Shown in pieces: positions 24,600 through 36,887 of a stretch of DNA of 64,000 nucleotides (position 1 is the first letter of the stretch; the number at the start of each line of letters is the position of its first letter). Position numbers and translations under genes: made by a program. Source of the stretch: Octopus sinensis (Eukaryota); NCBI RefSeq assembly GCF_006345805.1, contig NC_043017.1, forward strand, positions 16,678,001 to 16,742,000. The letters run 5' to 3'. The notes beneath the pieces are model-generated. The model did not search any database, had not been told where the DNA came from, and was given only the letters and a program-made list of their open reading frames with translations.

Positions 24600-24772
24600 G
24601 TTAGCAATACACACATTTTTTTTTCTCTCCTTGTTTTTTCTGTGTCCCTTTCTGTAGAAGAGCGTAGGCTCGAAACGTAAAAGACTTTTTCTATTCCTGA
24701 GCGTTATACTAATACATCTGTTTGTTTTGTACACCACCTGTTTTTGTCGTAAACTCTCCATATATCTAACCA
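24600..24772 (+). mobile_element. Penelope-like terminal-repeat-derived element carrying a minimal hammerhead motif
   Basis: Near-identical inverted copy at 45610-45772; contains ctgtagaagagcgtaggctcgaaacgta. Confidence 0.65.
24648..24683 (+). ncRNA. Minimal type-I hammerhead-like motif, core variant CUGUAGA
   Basis: cttt-CTGTAGA-A-gagc/gtag/gctc-GAAA-CG-TA^-aaag; stems I and II fully paired. Confidence 0.55.
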
Positions 24773-24928
24773 AAACTGGAGAGAGAGAGAGAGAGAATGA
24801 GGAGGAAGAGGGGAGAGAGAAGAAAGAAGTGATTCCATACTGAAAAGTGATATTCAATCAAGATGAGTTTAGCCAGAGTGACGAGCAAGAATCAAAGTAC
24901 ATTTCTCCAAAGTACAACAAAGAAAAAC

Positions 24929-25401
24929 GGTATTTAACCGACCCCCGAGAGGATGAAAGGCAAAGTCGACCTTGGCAGAATTTGAACTCAGAACATAATG
25001 GCAGACGAAATTATTTCTTTACTACCCACAGAGAAGATAAACAAGGACAAACGGATTAAATTGATTATATCTACCTCAGTGTGTAACTGGTACTTATTTA
25101 ATCAACCCTGAGAGGATGAAAGGCAAAGTCGACCTCGGTGGAATTAGAACGTAACGGCAGACAAAATACCTATTTCTTTACTACCCACAAGGGGTTAAAC
25201 ACAGAGAGGACAAACAAGGACAAACAAATGGATTAAGTCGATTATATCTACCTCAGTGCATAACTGGTACTTATTCAATCAACCCTGAGAGGATGAAAGG
25301 CAAAGTCGACCTCGGCAGAATTTGAACTCAGAACATAGCGGCAGACGAAATACTGCTAAGCATTTCGCCCAGCGTGCTGGCGTTTCTGCCAGCTCGCCGC
25401 C
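24929..25401 (-). mobile_element. Head-to-tail trimer of SINE family C
   Basis: Three gaggatgaaaggcaaagtcgacc cores; unit junctions near 25012 and 25171; only one complete head. Confidence 0.9.
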
Positions 25402-26499
25402 ATAACCTAAGTAATACCACTAGCAGCACAACATTACTCCTAAGTTTTGGACCGTGATTAGATTCTTTCATTATTATGTCTCTTACTTAAATCTATGAAT
25501 CATTTCAAGTGATCTGTCTCACATACTCCTGCATATTCCAATCTTTACCTCAAGAATAAGGTATGAGGCTATGCAAGAAAATGGACCATAAAATATGAGA
25601 CTATGACATGGGGAATGTAGTGTAGGGTGGGATAGAATGGCAATGGAATCCTCGCATGCACACACACACACACACAGAAATCACTTCTACATAGTACTGC
25701 AGTAGGCATGTCTCACAACACCTGTTCAGGAGGAAAAAAAAAATAAGAAGAAAAATACAGAAATGAAAAAAAAAAGAAAAGCAAAAACAACTTTTGATAA
25801 AAGAACATAATTCAAAATGTGTACAGAAAGGAAAGATAGTAAAAGAAGAGGGGTACTGCTGCTGCCGCTGCTGCTTCCGCTGCTCATCTCAAATCAGCTT
25901 TGGATTTAGTAAAACTACCTTCATCTGAGTCTTTTGAGTTATGTTCAGAAATTCCTATTCTTTATCAAACTGAATTAGTGCAAAGGTGGAAAAATTAGTA
26001 GGGTACTCAACTTAAACCCTTTCCTTGATAAAATTATTTCTGCCTGAATTTCTGAGATGAGCTATTTTCATTATTATACAATTAAGACTAACCTTCAAAT
26101 TTGGTTCTCAGTCGTGTTTAGACTTGTATTCTCTGCCCTTCTTCAGGTCCCTTGCTACATTAAGTTACATTCTTGGAATTTTGAACTGAAGTTTTGCTAA
26201 ATGCATGAGGACAGATTGCTCAGTCTGCTGTTTATTGCCGGGGATATTTCATTAGTAATTCTAGTTGTGATGCCATTTACCCATTCTCTTGGAATCAGAG
26301 TAAATTAACTAACTCTGAACTGCAACATTTAACACTTTTACTGAATTTACATTCACTATCATTGTATTTATCAGCACTTTTGCCATTTTGAAATGTATCA
26401 AAAAAATCACCTTGTGTCTACTGCAACTGTATTATGGATGGGAAGCCAGGTGCCATGGGCTAGGAAATTTGTTAGGAACAATAACTGTTATCATCATCG

Positions 26500-26760
26500 T
26501 CCTCCTCATCATCATTTAATGCTTGTTGTCCATGCTGGCATAGATTAGATGATTTGACCGGGACTGGTCAGCCAAAGAGCTGCACCAGTCATCTAGTCAT
26601 CTGTTTTGACTTGGTTTCTATGGCTGGATGCCTTTCTTAACACCAGCCACACTTTACAGGGTGTGCCAGGTGTTTTTCCTGTGTCACCAGCACAGGTGCT
26701 TTTCACACGTCACAGACACAGGTGCCTTTTACGTGTCACCAGCACTGGCAATGATCCTGT
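26500..26760 (-). mobile_element. SINE-like family B, diverged copy
   Basis: (cat)n...ccatgctggca...ctggatgcctttcttaacaccagccac. Confidence 0.75.
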
Positions 26761-27046
26761 TTCACTTTAGCTTGACCTGTCATCTCAAGCACAGCAAATT
26801 GCCAGAAGTCTTGATCACTTGTCGTTGCTTCTGTGAGACTCAACAACCAAAAGATCACATTTCATTACCCCACCCCACATCTTCCTGGGTCTATCCCTTC
26901 TACAGGTTCTCTCCACATTTAGAGATTGGCACAAGATATTGAAAACAAGCCAAATTATCACAGTCTGTTAGCATAAACTTAGTAAAATTTGCTAATGGCA
27001 GGTTGGCATTTAGGTTGGGAGGTCATATAATCTCGTTATACTTCCA

Positions 27047-27540
27047 TCTTCTTATCTCCTCAAAGACATACATCATCTCAAAAGAGTCCAGAAGCTGGCT
27101 ACCCGCATGGTTCTTGGTCTCAAGCATTTGTCTTATGAAGAAAGGCTGAAGACGCTCGACCATTATTCTCTAGAAAAACGCCGATGCCGTGGTGATCTCA
27201 TTCTTGCTCACAACATCATAAGCGGAAAGTGTAACCTCTCGAAAGAGCTGTTCTTCACTCCTGCTCCAGAGCATCGGCTGCGGGATCACTCCAAAAAGCT
27301 CTATCTGCAACGTTTTCATCTCAATCGAAGGAGAGGGGCTTTCTCCATCCGGGTTGTGGATCCGTGGAATAAGCTGCCGGACGAGATAGTGATGATGCCG
27401 ACGACCGCTCGGTTCAAAGTCTCTCTTGACCAGAATTAGCCTGAACTCTTTGCATGAACACCACCCTGTACATAACTCCATGTCCCCCTACATGGCCTTG
27501 CTTTTGCTTTTTGAGCCAAAAAATTAATTTAAATTAACTA
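27047..27540 (+). mobile_element. 3' fragment of a CR1-like LINE (apparently the same family as 1-4703)
   Basis: YLLKDIHHLKRVQKLATRMVLGLKHLSYEERL...RRCRGDLI...WNKLPD, a classic CR1 C-terminus; first ~21 bp match the LINE at 1858-1878 with one mismatch. Confidence 0.9.
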
Positions 27541-28763
27541 TGCTCATAGGCTTCATGCTCTTTGTTATTTTCTCACACACGTGTGTGTGTGTGTGTGTAT
27601 TTATTGTTGTTCATTGTTAATATTATCAATGTGTATATTAATATGCATAAAGAGGGGTACTTGGGAAGACATGAGACAAAGTAGTGAAGAATGACTTCTG
27701 GATGTTGAGCCTCGCAGAGATGACAAAGGACTCGGCACTTTGCAGCTGTAATTATAGGAGAGCAGAACTGGACATATTCCACCCAACTTTTGTGCTACCA
27801 GTTACCATTTTCCTTAGAACTAATTCCTTCTGTCACCTTATTTTTCAGCAATAGTTACTTTCTCCAATTCACCAACTTTAACCCAACATGTCATTCTACC
27901 AACCATCTTTGTCCATCACTTACTATTTCCATCCCTATGCACCTCTCACCACATCCCTGGCACTCTGCATCTCTCACTTCCTCTACACTCCACAATATCT
28001 GTGTTGCCACCTTTTTACCTCTTCAACTGATATTTACTATTGACCATGCCATCATCATGTTCACCATCCACAGCATCCACCTCTTTCCCCCATCTTTACT
28101 TACCCACTCACTCACTCTGTCCAATCCACTGTTTCATCATTTCTCTTAAATTCACCATCTCACTTTTTCCAGTTGGCATAGTCAGTCATGCAAGTCACCT
28201 ACGGTAGGGCATCTGTTCCTATGTCTCTATCATATTTCTTTAATCTCTTCTTATCTGGCACAAAGCTACTTCTCTCAACGTAGACTCCAACTAAGTTGAG
28301 GCGTCTTGTCTTGCAAGTTTATTTGTGCTGGTGTCACAAAAAACACCTTGTACACTCTGTAGAGGGTTTGGTAATAGGAAAGACATCCAGCCATAGAAAC
28401 GATACTAAAGCCTGGTACAGTCCCCTAGCTCACTGCTTTCAATTCAACCATTTCATACCAATAAATAATTTTTCTGTGTATTTTAACTAGCAAAAAATTA
28501 TCTCTCATTCTATTTAGAAACTTCCTAACATTCACATTCTTCTTCTCTTTTATAAGAAATTCATCTAAGAATTGGGACAGCTTTAGGGGCTTCAATGATT
28601 GTGTGTGCCTGTCTCCCTGTTACTGCTGTCTGTCTCATTGGTCATTCATTCCAAATCTTCTTATCAGAAACAAGAACAATTTTCTAAGTAAGATATGATT
28701 TGCTCATTTTTTTTTTTTTTGTTTCTTCAGTAAATAAATATTTGAATTATTATTTGGTACAAA

Positions 28764-28935
28764 GGTGGGCGAGCTGGCAGAATCTTTAGAATTATCAGTC
28801 AAAATGCCAACTCATTTCTCATATTCTGACTTTGCTTCCACCCTTTCCGGGTTGATAAAATAGGTACCAGTTAAGAACTGGGGTCAATGTAACCAACTAC
28901 CCAGCTACCACTGAAATTTCTGGCCTTCAGCCGAA
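28764..28935 (+). mobile_element. Degenerate SINE family C copy
   Basis: gagctggcagaa...gactttgcttccaccctttccgggttgataaaataggtaccag. Confidence 0.6.
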
Positions 28936-29216
28936 ATTTGATACCATTCTTATTTTATTCAATTAATGGATGATGATAATTTATCTTTCCCTCATTTCTG
29001 TCATTAAACTATGACCATGCTAAGGCACCGGCTTGACAAATTATAGTCAAATTAATCAATCCAGCACTTACATTCTTTAAAGCGTACAGGCTATCCACTA
29101 TTAGTGGTCATTCCCCTAAATTTTGTATGTAAAAAATTTTTTTATCTTCGGATTTTTTAAAATATGCCAGGCCACTGGTTTTAATTGATTAATATCAATT
29201 TCTACCCTTATTTAAT

Positions 29217-29273
<57 letters not shown>

Positions 29274-29442
29274 CATTTCTGTTGCATCTCTGTCAATTTT
29301 TAAGTTTTGTTTCAAACATAATCACTTCACACGAGTCAAATATCCAAACATATGTTGATGCCAACAGCTGTTTGCATCTTAGATATTTATTCCGTGTCTC
29401 ACTTATCACAGATCAGGTAAACAGAAATAACTCTCATTGTAT

Positions 29443-29487
<45 letters not shown>

Positions 29488-29991
29488 GTGAGCAAATATA
29501 AAGATCTTGAAACAGAAATTGGATAAATGTGGAACCTCAAGACTAAATACCTGTTATCATAGATGCTCTAGGCATGATAGCAAAAGAGACTGATTGTTAT
29601 CTATCTTAGATACAAGGAAATCAAAAAATGGAAGAAATTCAAAAAAATAGTGCTCATGGGAACTGCTCACATCCTATGAAAAATATTGTCTATGTAATTC
29701 CAAAAACATTTTAATCTGTAAACATTATCAAAAGTATTTTTAAATGTACATATTAGCACACACCTTTTATTGTTATCTTAAGATCACACTATCACCTTAT
29801 CATCAAATTACTTTTAAAACAATTTTCTAATTTTCTTATATTTTGGCAGACATTCTCTGGGACAATACCCTGTGCAAAACCAAAAATATGGCACCCTAGT
29901 CATAATACCAACTTCAACATCTAACTTGTCTGTTGAGGTTTGTGAGTGAGACTTGGAGTCAACTTGTACAAATACAAAGCAAAAGTCAAAC

Positions 29992-29995
<4 letters not shown>
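29488..29995 (+). mobile_element. 5'-truncated R4/Dong-like (restriction-like endonuclease) LINE
   Basis: With frameshifts: KYKDLETEI..MW..PVIIDALGMI...IQKIVLMGTAHIL; (AAT)n tracts on both sides. Confidence 0.8.
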
Positions 29996-30032
<37 letters not shown>

Positions 30033-30033
<1 letters not shown>

Positions 30034-31759
30034 CTGGGGGAGCATCATAGCCATGTGTTGAGAGGAATTCTTTGGGGTTTGAATAATTTACCTCTAGAAA
30101 TAAGGGTGTTTCATTCATCATCATTAAACAAACCTTATTCAGGGACCTTTTGAGTGGGATGGGCTACTCAACCTGAAGAAAATTCTAACTGGGCCCCACT
30201 TGCAAGGGCATGTGCTGTTTATCTTGATATGAAATCACCATGTCATGCACATATGGTTGTGATGCGTGTGCCTGGTGTACCCTTATCAGACAGGCAGTCA
30301 TGGTGGGTACTTTAAGCTTCATATATTTTTACCCCAGTGTCACTCTGAGGGCAGGCATTGGCTCTCAAGGCTTCTGATCTTAACTGGTTGAATGTGTTAT
30401 CATGTACATGTCTTGTCTTGGAGTAAAAGATGGACTACAGCAAATATTCTGCTCAATACCACAGATTTACTTGTCCATAAGCAGTTGAGCATGTCCCTTG
30501 GTGGCATCTCTGATCAGGAGCAGAAGTAGTGGGGGAACATCATAGCTATGTGTTGAGAGGAATTCTTTGGGGCTTGAATAATTCACCTCTGGAAACATGA
30601 GTGTTTCATTTGACATCCTTAACCCTTTTTCAGGGGCTTTTTGAGTGGGATGGGCTACTCAACCTGAAGAAAATTCTAACTGGGCCCCACCTGCAAGGTC
30701 ATGTAGCGTTTATCCTGATATGAAATCACCATGTCACACACACACAAGGTTGTGATGCACATGTACCCTTATCAGACTGGCAGTCATGATGGGTATGCTG
30801 GGCTTCATATATTTGTACCTTGGTGTCACTTTGATGGCATGTGCTGCTCCCTTAATAATAATGATAATAACAAGTACCAGACAATGGGTCTCATGGCTTT
30901 TGATCTTAACTGATTGTAAGTATAATCATGTACATGTTTTGTCTTGGTACAAAATATTCTGCTCAATACCACAGATTCGCTTGTCAGCATATCCCTTGAT
31001 AGCTGGTGATATGTGCATCTCTGATCATGAGTGGTGGGGAGCATCACAGCCATGTGTTGAGAGGAATTTTTGTGGGTTTTGAATACTTCACCTTTGGAAA
31101 CATGGGTGTTTCTCTTTTACTCTTTTACTTGTTTCAGTCATTTGACTGCGGCCATGCTGGAGCACCGCCTTTAGTCGAGGAAATCGACCCCGGGACTTAT
31201 TCGTTGTAAGCCCAGTACCTATTCTATCAGTCTCTTTTGCCAAACCGCTAAGTGACGGGGACGTAAACACACCAGCATCGGTTGTCAAGCAATGCTAGGG
31301 GGACAAACACAGACACACAAACACATACATACATATATATATATACATATATACGACAGGTTTCTTTCAGTTTCCATCTACCAAATCCACTCACAAGGCA
31401 TTGGTCAGCCCGGGGCTATAGCAGAAGACACTTGCCCAAGATGTCACGCAGTGGGACTGAATCCGGAACCATGTGGTTGGTTAGCAAGCTACTTACCACA
31501 CAGCCACTCCTGCGACCCAAAGAAAATTCTAACTGGGCCCCATCTGCAAGGTCATGTGCTGTTTATCTTGATATAAGATCATCACGTCACACACGCAAGA
31601 TTGTAATGTATGTGCCTGGTGTCACAATGGGTAGATTAAGCTTCATATATTTCTGTCATGATGGGTGTATTAGGCTTCATATATTTGTACCCTAGTGTTA
31701 CTTTGATGGCATGCTCTGCTCTCTCACTCAATAATGATAATAATAATAATAATAATAAT
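30033..31759 (+). repeat. Three head-to-tail copies of a ~500-bp (AAT)n-tailed repeat
   Basis: gggagcatcatagccatgtgttgagaggaatt recurs at ~30037, ~30531 and ~31036; AAT tails at 30853-30871 and 31730-31759. Confidence 0.85.
31111..31514 (-). mobile_element. SINE family A nested in the third AAT-tailed copy
   Basis: Full-length reverse complement of family A. Confidence 0.93.
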
Positions 31760-33032
31760 CCTGCATGAGTAAAAACAAGACTTGTTTAAAGGCGGATGAA
31801 TATTCTTTATTATTACTGTTGATGGAGCCATTATCGCTTACGGCAGCAGTAATAATAATAATGAATATTCCAAGAACAAAAATAATAGAGAAGATCATCA
31901 GAGTAAATCTACCACAGAGGGAATAGGGTCCCTTTAGCCTTGGCTGGCAACCCCCTAGAGAAAGTGTCTCAAAAAAAAAAAAAACACTGGTGGTTGTGAT
32001 GCCTCACCACCACAGCCCTCTTTATGCGTGTAATGCCAAATAAAAATCATCACAATTGCATTCATGAGACCCAAACCCTGAGTGAAGTGTTCCACACTGC
32101 AGCAGTTGGGACCCTGTCATTATCCAAATATTGCTACAAAGATAAGGAGAAAATAGACTGAAAATGACAATAGAATGCAATCCTACCAAAGTTGGATAGC
32201 GGAAAAGAAAATAATCTCTGGGCAGAGTATGCTCCCTAAAATGGAGCAAAGACTTCTAGTCCCCCAAAATTTAATCATGTAAAGGCAGTGGCTATCCTAG
32301 TTGGAACTGGAGATCTCCACATAGTGAAAGAGTGTGAATGTGACTATACTGAACATGAAGAACAAATAGCAGAACAAGAACAGGAATAAACAGAGAGACC
32401 AATAACTACTCATAAACGAAACAGTTGCCCAGATGGTGGTGAATTCTACTTTGTGGAGGGAAAGACTGTTACAGAGGAAGAAACTACATCTGAATGAAGT
32501 GTGAAATATTGAAAGAAAGGTGCTGCCAGCTCTGAACGGAATCTATATAAAGTAACGGAAATCAACACTGAAAACATAACAGATCTAAATTACCATATAT
32601 ACTGTGCAGCCAGTGAAAACAAATAGGAAGGGCTGCTAAGCCAGAACGGGTTGAGTTGGTGAATGCAGAGGAACAAGCTCTGACAGGAGACAGACAAGAA
32701 TATGTCTTATCCCCGTGGCTGATCAGAGAGAAGGAAAGAAATCCAAGTTAGGAAATGAAAGATGGTCATGAGTAAACTTATAAACGCTAAGTAATACGTT
32801 TTGTGATGTGAAATTTTTTAGTTCGTAATGTATCTTCGGAGAGATAAGTATACAATTTATTTAAGAAATAATAATGTAATCTATATGATTATTGATTGAT
32901 AAATATGGATTTTTAAGTTTTTTTAATTTATTAATGATAATTTAAATACGTGACTTTCATACACACTTCTCCTTCATTTATACAGTTATGCATATGTTTG
33001 TATATGTGCGAGTGTAGGTGTGTAATTAGTAG

Positions 33033-33082
<50 letters not shown>

Positions 33083-33439
33083 TATATATATATACACCAA
33101 CGTGTATATAAGGATGAAGTTGCATGCACATATATATATATAAATACACCCACATGTGCGTGTGTGGATATGTGTGCATGTACGTATATATGTTTATGTG
33201 AGTGTGTACATATGTAGATGTTATGAATGCAGGAGGTTTATGTCTATCTATTGTGAGAATATGGTTGCATGTATTTTTTTATCTTTTTTCTACCTATTAG
33301 AGTGACTTCCCTTCTATTCAATGGTTTTTCATTAATATAGGATATAGAATATATATACATGTGTGCATATGCATATACAATATACATATATAATGTAGGA
33401 TACAGAATATATATACATGTGTGCATATGTATACATATA

Positions 33440-33655
33440 CACACCTCGCCTGGCACCAGTGCAGGTGGCACGTAAAAAGCACCCACTACACTCTCGGAGT
33501 GGTTGGCGTTAGGAAGGACATCCAGCTGTAGAAACACTGCCAGATAAGACCGGAGCCTGGTGCAGCCTTCTGGCTTCCCAGATCCCCGGTCGAACCGTCC
33601 AACCCATGCTAGCATGGAGAACGGACGTTAAACGATGATGATGATGATGATGAAT
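33440..33655 (+). mobile_element. SINE-like family B
   Basis: Family-B core and (GAT)n tail. Confidence 0.88.
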
Positions 33656-35196
33656 ACATGCATACACATATATATACAAATGCATATACACATACATGCA
33701 CAAACATACATGTAGGTGCACACACTTACACACAGTCACTCACACATACAGGTAGATACGTAATTTTAAGGTGTTTCCATTATTTTGTCCAACACCTGTA
33801 CACCTCGTCAAGTCTACACCTGCAGCCTCCACAGAATTCTTAACTGTCTCATCTTTCCCCTTCATTCATGTCTCCATCACCCATATTACAAGCTTAGTGA
33901 CATTATGTGGGATCTTCCCTTCTTGTGCTGATGTCACAATAAAATGCATCCTGTGCACTTTGTAATAGGAAGGATATCCAGTCATGGACCCTAAGCCAAA
34001 AATAAAACATACGAGAATCAGTATCTGGGGACAGTGACACCCAATAAGAACTGACTTGGAACATGATCACTCATCTAACCCATGCCACCATGGGAAGCAA
34101 ACATAGTGATGATGGTGATGTTAATGATTTTTCCTTTTCTAAACCATTACAATTTCAATTCATTAAAAATTATTTTCAGCTCGTTTCATTAATTATGGTA
34201 GCTAGCACTTTATTATTGTATGAGTGTGAGTTGAAAGAAATAGTAAAAAGATTCTGAATTCTGAGTTTAATCTTTATGATAAGAACTCATCTGAGACAAT
34301 GTCCCATTTCAAATGTTCATTAAACCTTCCATCAATATAGTCATGTAAGAACCTTTTAAGTTATTTTCCAAACACCAGCTTTGTAATGGAAATGTTCGTG
34401 ATTTTAGTAACCCCTTCAAAATTAATTTCAAAATTATTAAAAGTTTTTATCATAGATATCACGAAAGAGTTAAATCATACCAGAGTCAATTTTATCTCTT
34501 TAGAATTGATAAACTGAATACTGGTAAATACAGGGAAGAATTTGACAAACACTGGCTAAGACTGTAAAGCACCGAATTAAATAGGTTTAGTTTTATCATT
34601 TCCATTTCTGGGTTTGAGGACCAGGAATAATGATATAATAAGGGGTCTATTCAATTGATTGTCTCCCTCTTCTCTAAACGTTGGTACTTAGTTAAATCAA
34701 AACTGCAGTTAAAGAATGAAAAGAAATGGTAGCATTTTGGCTGGAATGCTTTTCACAATTTAGTTTCTGATTTTCATTCTGAGTTCAAATACCAACAGCT
34801 TTCCACCTGAAAGGTCTTCAATTCACCCTATCATTATATGGCTGTTCTTAAAGTCCCCTAATAAAGATACTTCAATTCTAAAAAGTAAATTAATTTTTTA
34901 TATAAATAGATTATATGTAATTTGCAGTATGTTTTTCCTCTTCTTTTTTCCTTTTTTTTTTTTGGTGATCAGTATGCTGGGTTCAAAGATTCTCCGAAAA
35001 TCCTATCTAGGAGAAGCTATGCATTATTTAAATTGCTAAAATGATAGACACAATATCATTATTACCAAAGTCAGATTAATATTAGTCACTGAGCTGTTTT
35101 CTTCTCATTGTACAAGTATTATTAACTAATTAGATTTTTCCCCTTTAAGTATGCTGAACTTTCCATGCATATGGCATCTCTGGTAATGTCAATTAC

Positions 35197-35385
35197 CAGC
35201 AGACACAAAACACATTAAATGCATGAGAATTCCAACACTTATGCTGGTAAAGTTTGCAAGAGAATTAGTCCAGATACTAAGTTGGTAGTCCACACAGATC
35301 CGACAAAATGTCACTGTTGGCTCTGAAGTCCATTCTGTATTCGCTACGAGAGGAAGATTTGCCTCGTATTTAATGCCGTAAGAAC
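35197..35385 (-). CDS. Candidate 189-nt internal exon (GSYGIKYEANLPLVANTEW...MHLMCFVSA)
   Basis: Open frame (ORF 35189-35398), G|gtaatt donor; the cacag acceptor was chosen to match phase 1 of the upstream exon and is only moderate. Confidence 0.55.
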
Positions 35386-36235
35386 CTGTGCTAAGCAATA
35401 GCTGAGTCCCAAGAAAAGCCTAGAATGTATCCTTATAAGTAGGCAAACTAAAAGAGCATTGCAAACTTAAGGGAGAGGCCCAGGAACACATCAAAATACT
35501 TGCAGGGGATTCGAACTCAAGGCTGAAGAAAATGTTAAAGTTATATTGAAAAAAAAAAAAAACAAACATGAAAAAAAAGAAATGAAAGGATAATGTTGGA
35601 TTCATTTACATCAATTATTATCATCATTATCTTGATTAACTGTTAATTAAAGCCAATAGTTGTAAATCTATGTTAGCAAAGATTGTCACACATGATGTTG
35701 CCATCTCAACTAATAATTCAATTACACTTATTTTGTCATCTTTCTAAGTATTCCACACTTCATAAAAATGTTAATAAACAATAAATGCAATGCACCTAAT
35801 TAGTAGAACTAAAATTTAGAATGCAATTAACCTTCTGCTGCACAAAGAATAGAAAAAATATATTGAATGAATCATATTTTTGTCAAATACAAAATATTAT
35901 AAATCTCACTAACGAACCATTTAATCTGAATAAATGATAACTCTCTTACTCTCTCACACGTATACATGTATGGGCACACTATAGGTTTTTTATGGAGGAA
36001 AATATAAAACCTACAGGATTACCTCTCATATGGATGCATGTGTGTGTGTGTGATTCATTTCCATTCCTAAGAATATCTTGTTACGGCACAACACAATGGT
36101 TTGGCTGTGGCAGCAATGTTTGAACTCAAAAACTTGGATAGAGCAAAGTAGCTTAATTTTTTCATAGCCATATTCTTTGAAAGAGTGGAGGAGAAAATTC
36201 AGGGAAGCAAATAAAGTGGAAATAGAGGAACTTAC

Positions 36236-36531
36236 CAGAAACATCCTGTCGTTGAGGTGCGTTGTCTTCGAAAGGTAATAAGGTATTTTTATGATCACCA
36301 GTAGCCGAATTGACACTGTTGAAGTTCAACAGGTCATCAGTGTTGTTCAGTAAATTGTCCTGGAGCTGCTGACTCTTCAGGTCAATGTTTTTGTTGGTCA
36401 CAGACAAGTCAATAAGAGTTCCAATCTGGTCTTCGGAACTTCTAGCCAAACTATCACAGTCACTGGCCACAGTAATGCCAGAAAGTGGCTTGTTCAAATG
36501 AGAGATTGGAGATTGCTTTGGTGTTGTCGAC
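36236..36531 (-). CDS. 296-nt internal exon (STTPKQSPISHLNKPL...RQDVS)
   Basis: T-rich acceptor ending aaatag, G|gtaagt donor, open frame (ORF 36162-36497); phase 2-1. Confidence 0.8.
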
Positions 36532-36660
36532 CTATTTTACAAATTACAAAAAATAAATTTAAAAAAAGAACAATATATAAGATAAGAAATATTAAATTTC
36601 TAAATATCTCAGAGAGATATGAGTGTTGTTGGAATGATAGAGCTGTTGTAAACTGTCAAC

Positions 36661-36887
36661 TTAACGTGACAGTCTAGTAAAGGGAATCACACCACTGCTA
36701 TTTAGCCCTAGGAAGCATCGATGCATCCTGTCGGCCTTGACACATTTCCTGTGCCCTTATATTTATATTTATATTATATTCATAAAAATAAGGGCACAGG
36801 AAATGTGTCAAAGCCAACAGGAAGCGTTGATGCTTCCTAGGGCTAAACAGCGGTGGTGTGATTCCCTTTATGGGACTGTCACGTTAA
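36661..36887. mobile_element. Foldback MITE with ~100-bp inverted arms
   Basis: ttaaCGTGACAG...CTGTCACGttaa; arms pair along their length; single-arm homolog at 53634-53735. Confidence 0.88.
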
